43,293 bases of DNA from Chloroflexota bacterium (GTDB lineage: Bacteria; Chloroflexota; Limnocylindria; Limnocylindrales; CSP1-4): contig JADGQJ010000001.1 in the NCBI GenBank assembly GCA_017881885.1, positions 1 through 43,293 on the forward strand. The letters are read 5' to 3'. A program made the translations under genes and the position numbers. The notes below the pieces were generated by a model, which ran no database searches, had not been told where the DNA came from, and saw only the letters and a program-made list of their open reading frames with translations. How positions within the stretch are numbered: the stretch's first letter is position 1; every line of letters starts with the position of its first letter. Positions 29,887-39,425 of the stretch are shown here, piece by piece.

Positions 29887-30587
29887 GCGCGACGGCGCCG
29901 ACGTCGACCGCGCAAGATCCACAGCAACCCGATTGCGGAAAGCCCGATCGGAACGGCCCAGGACCATCCGCCCGGATCGTCCGGTCCGGCCGCTATTCCG
30001 GTGGCCTGGATCCGCACCAGCGGCAAGCCTTCGCACCTGGCGGATGCTTCTTCCGGCGACATCTTCCAGACGTTGCCCATGCCCGTGGCTCCGACGATCA
30101 CGCCCATGCTCCGCAGCAGCGGAGGCAGCGCGCGCAGGCGTTCGGCTTCGTCTGTGACCTCTTGCGCGATCCCGGAGAAGGCCCGGCTCGGCAGGATGAC
30201 CTCGACTTTGGGATCGGCCAGGACGTTCTGGAACCAGTGGGTCTTGCGGCCGAAGCCGGCCATGCAATACACGTGGTCGCCTATGACCGTGTACCCGAGC
30301 GGGGCGTCGCGCATCTCCCCGCTCTTGCGGCCGCGGGTCCGCAGGATCATCAGGTACCCGGTGAGCGGGTTGGACAGGTACTTGCCCAGCCCGGCCTTGA
30401 GGGCCGGCACGCTCACGTACTTGTTCGCGGCGTTGAAGCCGTCGTGGACCGCTGGCAGGTAGCGCTGCGCCCATGCGGGGTATGCAGAAAGGCCCTGACC
30501 CCATGCTCCAGACGCGACGTCGGTCGCAGAGCCGGGTTCCGGCGCGGCGGCTCGGCCGTTGCCCGGCACCTTGATGGTGGTCTCCAT
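29883..30587 (-). CDS. Deazaflavin(F420)-dependent nitroreductase/quinone reductase family (DDN-like) protein with C-terminal TM anchor
   Basis: ..NPLTGYLMILRTRGRKSGEMRDAPLGYTVIGDHVYCMAGFGRKTHWFQNVLADPKVEV fits the DDN-family core (..TxGRKSGxxRxxPL..). The C-terminal WSWAVPIGLSAIGLLWILRGRRRRRRA is a hydrophobic helix plus a poly-Arg stop-transfer. Strong AGGGGAGG SD. Confidence 0.75.
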   Translation of the reverse strand: METTIKVPGNGRAAAPEPGSATDVASGAWGQGLSAYPAWAQRYLPAVHDGFNAANKYVSVPALKAGLGKYLSNPLTGYLMILRTRGRKSGEMRDAPLGYTVIGDHVYCMAGFGRKTHWFQNVLADPKVEVILPSRAFSGIAQEVTDEAERLRALPPLLRSMGVIVGATGMGNVWKMSPEEASARCEGLPLVRIQATGIAAGPDDPGGWSWAVPIGLSAIGLLWILRGRRRRRRA

Positions 30588-30704
30588 GGCCTCCCCTTTC
30601 CTGCTCCCGCGGACGCCTCACAAGGGTAGGCCACCACTGCGGCGCCGACCACCCCCGACTCGACTACGATTTGCCGACGTGTCAGAGCCCCAGAAGGACG
30701 AGAT

Positions 30705-33224
30705 ATGCAGGTCGACCCCCCAGCTCCAGAGAGCCCCATCAGCGCCGAACGCCTCGACGAGCTCGTTCGAGGGCTCAGCATCGAGGAGAAGGCCGGGCTG
30801 ACGTCCGGGATCGACGCCTGGCACGCCTCCGGAGCGCCCTCGATCGGGCTCGGGCCGATGGTGACCCTGGACGGGCCGAACGGCGTCCGCGGCATGACTT
30901 TCCCGGTCGGTTCGACCGCAACTTGCACGCCCTGTGGCACGGGCCTCGGGGCCACCTGGGACGTGAACCTCGTTCGAGAGATCGCCGCCAGGATCGGCTC
31001 GGAGGCGAAGCGATCCGGCGTCCACTACATGCTCGGCCCCGTGCTCAACCTGGTCCGATCACCCTTGGGCGGACGCGATTTCGAGGCCTACTCCGAGGAC
31101 CCGATATTGACCGCCCTGCTCGGCGTCGCCTATGTCGAGGGGATGCAGTCGGCGGGAGTGGCCGCCACGCCGAAGCACTTCGTCGCGAACGAGTCCGAGA
31201 CGCAGAGAACCAGCGTCGACTGTCGGGTCGACGAGCGGACGTTGCGGGAGGTCTACCTGGTCCCGTTCGAGGCCGTCGTCCGGGCCGGGGCATGGTCGAT
31301 CATGGCCGCGTACAACCGCGTCAACGGCATCTATTGCTCGGACCACGACCACCTCGTCGGCGAGATTCTGAAGCGCGAGTGGGCGTGGGACGGCGTCCTG
31401 ATGTCCGACTGGGAGGCGATGCACGACACGGTCGCCGGGGCCGTGGCAGGGCTTGACCTCGAGATGCCCGGACCTCCCCGTTGGTTCGGCCCGGCCCTGG
31501 CCGAGGCGGTTCGACGGGGCGAGGTCAGCGAAGCGGTCCTGGACGACAAGGCGCGCCGGATGCTGCTTCTCGCGGCGCGGGTCGGGGCGCTGACTACGGA
31601 CGGCGTCGGCGTCGCCGGCCCGGGCGTCGCACCCGAGCTCGATCCATCGAAGCCCTGGCATCTCTCCGACGACGAAGCCGCCGCGCTGGTCCGCCGCGCC
31701 GCGTCCGAGTCGTTCGTCATGCTCACCAACGACGGGATCCTGCCGCTGGCTCCGGCCGGCATCCGAAAGCTTGCGGTCATCGGGCCCAACGCGGCCAAGC
31801 CCTGTGCGCAGGGCGGCGGAGCCGCCCACATTCCGGCGCCGCCCACCGTGACCCCGCTCGACGGGCTTCGGGCCGCACTCCCGGACGTCGAGATCGTCCA
31901 CGAGCCGGGCTGCCGGATCGACCTCTTCCTGCCCCCGCTCACCGCCATGGACGTGCGCGACCTCGACGGCAAACCCGGCCTCACGATCCAGTTCTGGCGC
32001 GGCCAGGAGCCGGCGGGTCCGCCCGCCGCGAGCTGGCATGTCGATTCGAGCGAGGTACATCTGTTCGGAGACCTTCCGGCCGGCCTGGTTCAGGAGGACT
32101 TCTCGGTTCGCCTGTCCGGCCGGCTTGTCCCCGCCCAGAGCGGCGCCCACGAGATATCGCTCCGCGGCTTCGGCGGCCGGCGCCTCAAGGTGGACGGCGT
32201 GGTGGCCACCGACCTTTGGGACGCCACTCCGGGCAAGAGCGTTCCGACTGCGTTGTTCGAGGGCCGGCAGGACCGATCAACGTTCGAGCTCCAGGCCGGC
32301 AAGGCGATCCTGGTCGAGGCCGAGCTGCATTCGGCGCTTCCCGCTCCGTGCCTGCTCGCCATCGGCTGCCATTCGCCGCAGGAACTCGATGGGCTCGAGC
32401 GGGCCGTCGCAGCGGCTAAGGCCGCCGACGTTGCGATCGTCGTCGTCGGCAACGACGAGGCCTGGGAATCCGAGGGCCGCGACCGCAAGACCGTCAAACT
32501 GCCCGGTCGCCAGGATGAGCTCGTGGAGGTGGTGGCGGCGGTCAACTCCAAGACCATCGTCGTCGTCAACGCCGGTTGTCCGATGGATCTGCCCTGGGCG
32601 GATCGCGTGGCCGCCGTCGTGTACGCGTGGCTGCCGGGCCAGGAGTTCGGCAACGCCCTCGCCGACGTGATCCTCGGCAAGTCCGAGCCGGGCGGCCGTC
32701 TGCCGGTCACGATCGCGGCCCGCGAGTCGGACTACCCGTCACTGAGCACGACACCGGACGAGAAGGGGCGACTGGTCTACGCCGAGGGCATCAACGTCGG
32801 CTACCGCCACTTCGACGCCGCGGACATCGAGCCGCGGTTCTGTTTCGGACACGGGCTGAGCTACACGCAGATCGAGTTCGAATCGCTCGAGGTGGGCTCC
32901 AACTGCCTGCCCGACGGCGACGCGGCCGAGCTGCGAGTTCGAATGCGCAACGTCGGTACTCGGGCCGGCAAGGAAGTCATCCAGGTCTACGTCGCCGATC
33001 TGAAGTCGTCGCTCCCGCGCCCCGCGCGCGAGCTGAAAGGCTTCGCCGCCGTCCACCTGGAGCCGGGAGAGAGCATCGACGTATTCCTCGTCCTGGAAGA
33101 TCGCGACATGGCCTACTGGGACGGAGCCTCCGGCGGCTGGCGCATTGAGCCCGGCCGATTCGAGATCCAGGTCGGCGCTTCTTCCCGGGACATCAGGTTG
33201 CGGGCTTCGCTCGAGCTGGACTGA
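30705..33224 (+). CDS. Glycoside hydrolase family 3 beta-glucosidase with PA14-like insert and C-terminal Fn3-like domain
   Basis: GPNGVRG.., the nucleophile region VLMSDWEAMHD, KHFVANESE. A PA14-like segment is present (FSVRLSGRLVPAQSGAHEISLRGFGGRRLKVDG). The C-terminal ELKGFAAVHLEPGES..IQVGASSRDIRL is Fn3-like. Confidence 0.9.
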   Translation: MQVDPPAPESPISAERLDELVRGLSIEEKAGLTSGIDAWHASGAPSIGLGPMVTLDGPNGVRGMTFPVGSTATCTPCGTGLGATWDVNLVREIAARIGSEAKRSGVHYMLGPVLNLVRSPLGGRDFEAYSEDPILTALLGVAYVEGMQSAGVAATPKHFVANESETQRTSVDCRVDERTLREVYLVPFEAVVRAGAWSIMAAYNRVNGIYCSDHDHLVGEILKREWAWDGVLMSDWEAMHDTVAGAVAGLDLEMPGPPRWFGPALAEAVRRGEVSEAVLDDKARRMLLLAARVGALTTDGVGVAGPGVAPELDPSKPWHLSDDEAAALVRRAASESFVMLTNDGILPLAPAGIRKLAVIGPNAAKPCAQGGGAAHIPAPPTVTPLDGLRAALPDVEIVHEPGCRIDLFLPPLTAMDVRDLDGKPGLTIQFWRGQEPAGPPAASWHVDSSEVHLFGDLPAGLVQEDFSVRLSGRLVPAQSGAHEISLRGFGGRRLKVDGVVATDLWDATPGKSVPTALFEGRQDRSTFELQAGKAILVEAELHSALPAPCLLAIGCHSPQELDGLERAVAAAKAADVAIVVVGNDEAWESEGRDRKTVKLPGRQDELVEVVAAVNSKTIVVVNAGCPMDLPWADRVAAVVYAWLPGQEFGNALADVILGKSEPGGRLPVTIAARESDYPSLSTTPDEKGRLVYAEGINVGYRHFDAADIEPRFCFGHGLSYTQIEFESLEVGSNCLPDGDAAELRVRMRNVGTRAGKEVIQVYVADLKSSLPRPARELKGFAAVHLEPGESIDVFLVLEDRDMAYWDGASGGWRIEPGRFEIQVGASSRDIRLRASLELD

Positions 33225-33393
33225 GCCTGGCAGCGTGGCACGCGGCTGTTAACCCGTTAGCGCCGAGCCGCAATGAGCGGCGAGCGACCGGGATTCGCTA
33301 TTACTCACGGGGAGAGTGCTACGTACAGCCGGCGAGTCCTGCGCGGCGACCACCGCGGTTCGACGGAGGATTCGGTTCGCAAATGACGCTTTG

Positions 33394-33582
33394 TTAGCCG
33401 CTGAGGGCTAATCGCCACGGCCGATGACACCCGACCGGCGCGGCAGGGCTGCCCGGGGCTACATACCACTCCCCCGGTGCGTATTGAGGAATCGCGCCGA
33501 GCCGAAACCCAGGGGCGCCCTCATGGCCCCGGTTTGACCTCATCTGGTAACCTCGGAGACCCCCGTCCGCTGTGAGGCGGGG
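33394..33582 (+). other. Cluster of stable hairpins in the leuC upstream region (possible leader or ncRNA)
   Basis: TTAGCC-gctgag-GGCTAA (33394..33411). A hairpin with a UCCCCC loop (33463..33484). AAACC..GGGGC-loop-GCCCC..GGTTT (33505..33535). CCCCGUC-loop-GGCGGGG (33561..33582), lying 22 nt before the leuC ATG. Confidence 0.3.
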
Positions 33583-33604
33583 CAATCGAATCGCGAGTGG
33601 AACC

Positions 33605-35041
<1,437 letters not shown>

Positions 35042-35042
35042 C

Positions 35043-35669
35043 ATGCCCGAACCGTTCGTGAAGACTACCAGCCGCGTCATCTCAATCCCGCGTGCCAATA
35101 TCGACACGGATCAGATTTGCCCGGCCCGCTTCCTCAAGATCACCGACAAGGAGAACCTGGCCGACGCGCTCTTCTTCGACTGGCGCTTCACGCCGGATGG
35201 GAAGCGCCGCGAGCCGGTCTCCTTCATCGATGAGCCGCACAATGCCGGCCGCCAGATCCTCCTCGTCGGCGACAATTTCGGCGCTGGTTCCTCGCGCGAG
35301 CACGCGCCCTGGGCGCTGCGGGCGTGGGGCATCCGGGCCATCGTCTCGACCGGCTTCGCCGACATCTTCAAGGGCAACGCGCTCAAGAACGCGCTCCTGC
35401 CGATCGTCGTTTCGGCCGAGCGATACGCCGCGCTTCTTGTGGTCGTCGCCGCGAACCCAGACGGCGAGTGGAGCGTAGATCTCGACGCGCAGAAAGTGAC
35501 GCTCCCGGGCGGCGACTCGTTCGCCTTCGAGATCGACCCGTTCTCCCGAACCATGATCCTCGCCGGCACGGACGAGATCGGGTATGTCCTCTCGAGGCTT
35601 CCGGCAATCGAGGCCTGGGAGGCGGCACACCCGGCCCGCATCGACACCCGCCAGGGCGCCGCGCGCTAG
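35043..35669 (+). CDS. leuD: 3-isopropylmalate dehydratase small subunit
   Basis: ..RANIDTDQICPARFLK..GDNFGAGSSREHAPWAL. The start is 1 nt after the leuC stop. Confidence 0.95.
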   Translation: MPEPFVKTTSRVISIPRANIDTDQICPARFLKITDKENLADALFFDWRFTPDGKRREPVSFIDEPHNAGRQILLVGDNFGAGSSREHAPWALRAWGIRAIVSTGFADIFKGNALKNALLPIVVSAERYAALLVVVAANPDGEWSVDLDAQKVTLPGGDSFAFEIDPFSRTMILAGTDEIGYVLSRLPAIEAWEAAHPARIDTRQGAAR

Positions 35670-35758
35670 CAGGCTTCGACCCACACGCGCCTCGCCGGGC
35701 TACACTCTCGACGCGGCCGAATCACTGCTTCCGAGCCGCATCTGGACGGTGGTAGTCG

Positions 35759-37396
35759 ATGCAAGAGGCGGGCCCGGACGGCCCCATGGTCGCCGACGAC
35801 AGGGTCGATCGCGTAATCGTCGGCGCGCTTCGCGGCCAGGACCTCTCAGCGTTCGAGATCTGGCGTCGGCTCGGGTCGGAAGAAGGCGTTCTCGGCCGGC
35901 TGACCGAAGCCCACTTGTTTCCCACCCTCTACCGCCTCGAAGCGGAGGGTCTGCTCCAGAGCGAGTGGCAGGAGGGCGAGCGAACCAGGCGCAAGTACCG
36001 CCTGACCTCGCGAGCGCTCGAGCGAGCCGACGATCGCAACTGGCCTCCGATCGCCTTCCACGGCGAAAGAGGCGCGCCCGTTCCGGCCGATCGGGCGGGT
36101 CGCCGGCCCGCCAGCCCCGACCCCGAAGCCGGCTCCTGGTACTTGCCGCCCAGGCGAGTCGAGCCGGCCGCGCCACCGCCAACCGCGGAGGCAACCGGCC
36201 GCGTTCGGACCCCCGCCGAGGCCGCCGCCCTTGCCGCCTCGGCGGACCGCGCACCCGCCCACAGCGACACCGATCGGCCCGGGAGAACCGCTCTGACTGG
36301 ATACGCGGACGACCTCGGCGCTCGCCTCGACCTGCCGCAGACCGAAGTCGATCGGGTCCGCCAGGAGCTCGCCGACTACCTGCTCGATTCCTCTCGCTCG
36401 CTCGAGCACGACGGCTACGTGGCAGAGGCGGCCGACGCGGAGGCACTGGCCAGGCTTCGGTCGCCTCGCGACCAGGCCTTGCTCATTGAGCGAGCGGAGC
36501 AAACGCAGGGCCGGATGAACCGTGGGATCCGCCGGGGCTTGTTCGATTTCGTGTCCGAGATGGTGCTCTGGCTCGTCCTTTCGGTCGTGGTGTTTGCCCT
36601 CGCGTCGGGAGTGGCCGAGATGGTTGTCAGGGTCGCGCGTCTCGGGGGCCTCCACCTCACGGTGCTCACGTCGGCCGAATGGACCACCAACCAGATGGCC
36701 GTGATGCTGTGCGTCGGGGCGTTTGCCGCCGGACGCATAAGCCTCGGCAGCCTGGCCCGGATCAGCCGCCACGGCGACGCCACGCTCCGGCGGAGGTGGG
36801 CGATCGGCGGTGCCGCAGCGTTGCTCGCCGTCGTGCTGGTGCTGCCCGGCTTCGAAGACACGCTCACGGTCGTGACCCTGCTCGTCGTCCCCATTGCGTT
36901 CGTTGCCGGCACGCTTCGGCCACAGCACAAGAACGAGAGGGCATACAGCCTGCGAGGCGTCCTCGCGGTTGTTGCACTCGTGGCGATCGCCAGTCTGCTG
37001 CCGGGCGTCCGGATGTTCGCCTACGACCCGAACGGGACGCCGGGCGCGCCACTCGCCCACGGCCGAGACTCGATCGAGCTGTCGGTGACTCAGCCGACCG
37101 AGGGTAGCTACAGCTACGAGGTGCCCGCCCCGGCAGCGGCCGGCATCGTCAGCGTCGAGCTTTGGCCGGCCACGACGAGCGGTCCATTCATCGTCGTCGA
37201 TCCGTCCGCGACCGGCCCCACCCTCAAGAACGCACAGGGCGTCAACTTTGCAAACCTGCCGCAGGTCAAGCAGTGGTGGGTGGTTGCCGTGGCAACGGCA
37301 CCAAACGGCGAGCGGACTGTGCTGGCCATGGCCATCCAGACCGGCGCCACTCCCCGTCCGAGCAGCGCCCTGGGTTGGTTGCTCTCGCACCTCTGA
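35759..37396 (+). CDS. PadR-type wHTH fused to a DUF1700-like helical module, a 4-TM region and a C-terminal extracytoplasmic domain
   Basis: PadR signature ..LFPTLYRLEAEGLLQSEWQEGERTRRKYRLTSRA. A Pro/Ala-rich linker follows. The segment LGARLDLPQTEVDRVRQELADYLLDS..ALARLRSPRDQA is DUF1700-like. About four hydrophobic helices follow, then a ~130 aa beta-rich tail. The 514-aa antisense ORF is judged to be a GC shadow. Confidence 0.7.
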   Translation: MQEAGPDGPMVADDRVDRVIVGALRGQDLSAFEIWRRLGSEEGVLGRLTEAHLFPTLYRLEAEGLLQSEWQEGERTRRKYRLTSRALERADDRNWPPIAFHGERGAPVPADRAGRRPASPDPEAGSWYLPPRRVEPAAPPPTAEATGRVRTPAEAAALAASADRAPAHSDTDRPGRTALTGYADDLGARLDLPQTEVDRVRQELADYLLDSSRSLEHDGYVAEAADAEALARLRSPRDQALLIERAEQTQGRMNRGIRRGLFDFVSEMVLWLVLSVVVFALASGVAEMVVRVARLGGLHLTVLTSAEWTTNQMAVMLCVGAFAAGRISLGSLARISRHGDATLRRRWAIGGAAALLAVVLVLPGFEDTLTVVTLLVVPIAFVAGTLRPQHKNERAYSLRGVLAVVALVAIASLLPGVRMFAYDPNGTPGAPLAHGRDSIELSVTQPTEGSYSYEVPAPAAAGIVSVELWPATTSGPFIVVDPSATGPTLKNAQGVNFANLPQVKQWWVVAVATAPNGERTVLAMAIQTGATPRPSSALGWLLSHL

Positions 37397-37477
37397 GCCC
37401 CGCCGGTCGGGCCGAAGGGCCTAAACTTGGCTCCGACCGAAACTGCCCGCATCCAGCCCCCGCGGAGAGAACTCACG

Positions 37478-39223
37478 ATGCCGAACGACGCGCCTCGCCC
37501 CCTGCCGTACTACCTGCCCAGCAATCCCGACAAGCGCCACAGCGCCGCCTTGACCGACGGCCCCGACCGGGCCGCAGCGCGCGGCATGCTCAAGGCCATC
37601 GGCTTCGACGACAAGGACCTGGCGCGGCCGCTCATCGGCGTGGCCACGACCTGGATCGAGACGATGCCGTGCAACTACAACCAGCGCCGGCTGGCGGAGC
37701 ACGTCAAGGCAGGCATTCGCGCGGCGGGCGGCACGCCCATGGAGTTCAGCACGATCGCCGTCTCGGACGGGACCTCCATGGGCACCGAGGGCATGAAGGC
37801 CTCGCTCATCAGCCGTGAAGTCATCGCCGACTCGATCGAGTTGTGCGTGCGCGGCCACATGCTAGACGGCGTCGTCTGCCTGGTGGGCTGCGACAAGACG
37901 ATCCCGGGTGCGGCGATCGCCCTCGGCCGCCTCGACCGGCCCGGACTGATCCTCTACAACGGCACGATCTATCCGGGCATGTACAAGGGCAAGCGCGACG
38001 CCACGATCGTCACGATCTTCGAGGCGATCGGGTCCTACCGCGCCGGCAAGATGTCGGCCGAGGAGCTGTACGAGATCGAGTCCGTGAGCTGTCCGGGCGC
38101 AGGGGCGTGCGGCGGGCAGTACACGGCCAACACGATGTCGATGGTGATGGAGATCCTTGGCCTCTCGCCGGCGGGCCTGAACGGCATTCCGGCCGAACAT
38201 CCGGACAAGAACGCGGCGGCGCATCGCTGCGGCGAGATCGTCATGGATCTGATCCGGCGCGACGTCCGGCCCAAGGAGTTCGTCACCCGCAAGTCGATCG
38301 AGAACGCGATCGCCTGCGTTGCGGCGACCGGCGGCTCGACAAACGCCGTCCTGCATCTGCTCGCTATCGCGCACGAATACGACCTGAGACTCGACATCGA
38401 CGAGTTCGGAGAGATCGCCGACCGGACGCCGATCGTGGGCGACATGATCCCCGGCGGACGCTTTGCCGCGGCGGACCTGTTCGAGGCCGGCGGGCTCTCC
38501 CTCGTCACCCGCGAGCTACTCAAGAAGGGCCTGATCGACGGGAGCACACCGAACGTCGACGGGGGCACGATCGCGTCGGCGGCGGCGGCAGTGGTCGAGA
38601 CGGAAGGCCAGAAGGTCGTCGTGCCGATCGTGACTCCGCTCAAAGAGACCGGCGGGCTGACGATCCTCCACGGCTCGCTCGCCCCGGATGGCTGCGTCAT
38701 CAAGCTGGCCGGCCACGAGCGCCGCTCTCACAGGGGCCCGGCTCGCGTCTTCGATAACGAGAACGCCTGCTACGCGGCCGTCCGAGACCAGAAGATCAAC
38801 AAGGGCGACGTGATCGTGATCCGGTACGAGGGTCCGGTCGGCGGCCCGGGCATGCAGGAGATGTTGTCGGTAACCGCGGCTCTCTCCGGGGAGGGGATGG
38901 GTGAGCACGTCGCCCTGCTCACCGACGGTCGCTTCTCCGGCGGCACCCACGGGTTGATGATCGGCCACGTCGCGCCGGAAGCTGCGCTCGGCGGCCCGAT
39001 CGCGCTTGTCGAGGAAGGCGACGAGATCGTGATCGACGTCGACCGCCACGCCCTGGACCTCAACGTTCCGGCAGACGTGCTGGCGGCCCGGCGCGCTCGT
39101 TGGACTCGGCCGGCCCCACGCTACAAGACCGGTGTCATGGCCAAGTACGCCGCCATGGTCTCGTCCGCCTCACTCGGCGCGGTCACGACCGGCGAGCGCA
39201 TGACCGACCGCCTGGAGCGATAG
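37478..39223 (+). CDS. ilvD: Dihydroxy-acid dehydratase
   Basis: ..[71 protein letters not shown] 37478 has a GGAGAG SD. Confidence 0.95.
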   Translation: MPNDAPRPLPYYLPSNPDKRHSAALTDGPDRAAARGMLKAIGFDDKDLARPLIGVATTWIETMPCNYNQRRLAEHVKAGIRAAGGTPMEFSTIAVSDGTSMGTEGMKASLISREVIADSIELCVRGHMLDGVVCLVGCDKTIPGAAIALGRLDRPGLILYNGTIYPGMYKGKRDATIVTIFEAIGSYRAGKMSAEELYEIESVSCPGAGACGGQYTANTMSMVMEILGLSPAGLNGIPAEHPDKNAAAHRCGEIVMDLIRRDVRPKEFVTRKSIENAIACVAATGGSTNAVLHLLAIAHEYDLRLDIDEFGEIADRTPIVGDMIPGGRFAAADLFEAGGLSLVTRELLKKGLIDGSTPNVDGGTIASAAAAVVETEGQKVVVPIVTPLKETGGLTILHGSLAPDGCVIKLAGHERRSHRGPARVFDNENACYAAVRDQKINKGDVIVIRYEGPVGGPGMQEMLSVTAALSGEGMGEHVALLTDGRFSGGTHGLMIGHVAPEAALGGPIALVEEGDEIVIDVDRHALDLNVPADVLAARRARWTRPAPRYKTGVMAKYAAMVSSASLGAVTTGERMTDRLER

Positions 39224-39334
39224 ACCGGGATCCCGATGGGCCGGGCGCGCGACGATTGCGGCCGGCATCACCTCGTCTCGGTCAGCGTGGACCTCGTGGT
39301 GCCGTACCGTGGCTCCATCCTCGGCTGGATTGCC

Positions 39335-39354
39335 GGTCAGCCGGGCGGCTGACC
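39335..39354 (+). terminator. Perfect 8-bp GC-rich hairpin downstream of ilvD (possible U-tract-less terminator)
   Basis: GGTCAGCC-gggc-GGCTGACC, 112 nt after the ilvD stop. No T-tract follows, so function is uncertain. Confidence 0.3.
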
Positions 39355-39425
39355 AAGGCCGCGGCGTGCCGTAGAGCTCGCCAGCGCGATCGGGGCGCCC
39401 GGACGACAATCATCTCGTTGGTTCG

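Noticed and set aside
28927-30621. 564-aa ORF. The same applies to the long N-terminal extensions of ORFs 8791..9912, 1223..1993 and 1669..2388.
   Set aside because: The N-terminal portions are Arg/Pro-rich out-of-frame reads through the neighbouring gene or intergenic DNA. Internal ATGs with SD sequences or ATGA overlaps give proteins that begin where the family homology or signal peptide begins.
33342-33354. T-box-like core (minus strand GGUGGUCGCCGCG resembles GGUGGUACCGCG)
   Set aside because: It is on the minus strand, pointing into the 3' end of the plus-strand GH3 gene, with no downstream minus-strand gene. No specifier-loop or stem I architecture is evident, and the match is imperfect. 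It is probably chance in GC-rich DNA.
33274-33387. Small ORFs in the leuC upstream region: a 37-codon ATG ORF, and a 4-codon MAPV uORF at about 33522
   Set aside because: There are no Leu-codon runs, no convincing SD for the longer one, and no family resemblance. They are treated as chance ORFs within a structured non-coding region.
35674-35705. Promoter-like TTCGAC..TACACT upstream of the PadR-fusion gene
   Set aside because: The spacer is 20 nt, which is too long for a standard sigma-A promoter. Only the TAnnnT hexamer fits.
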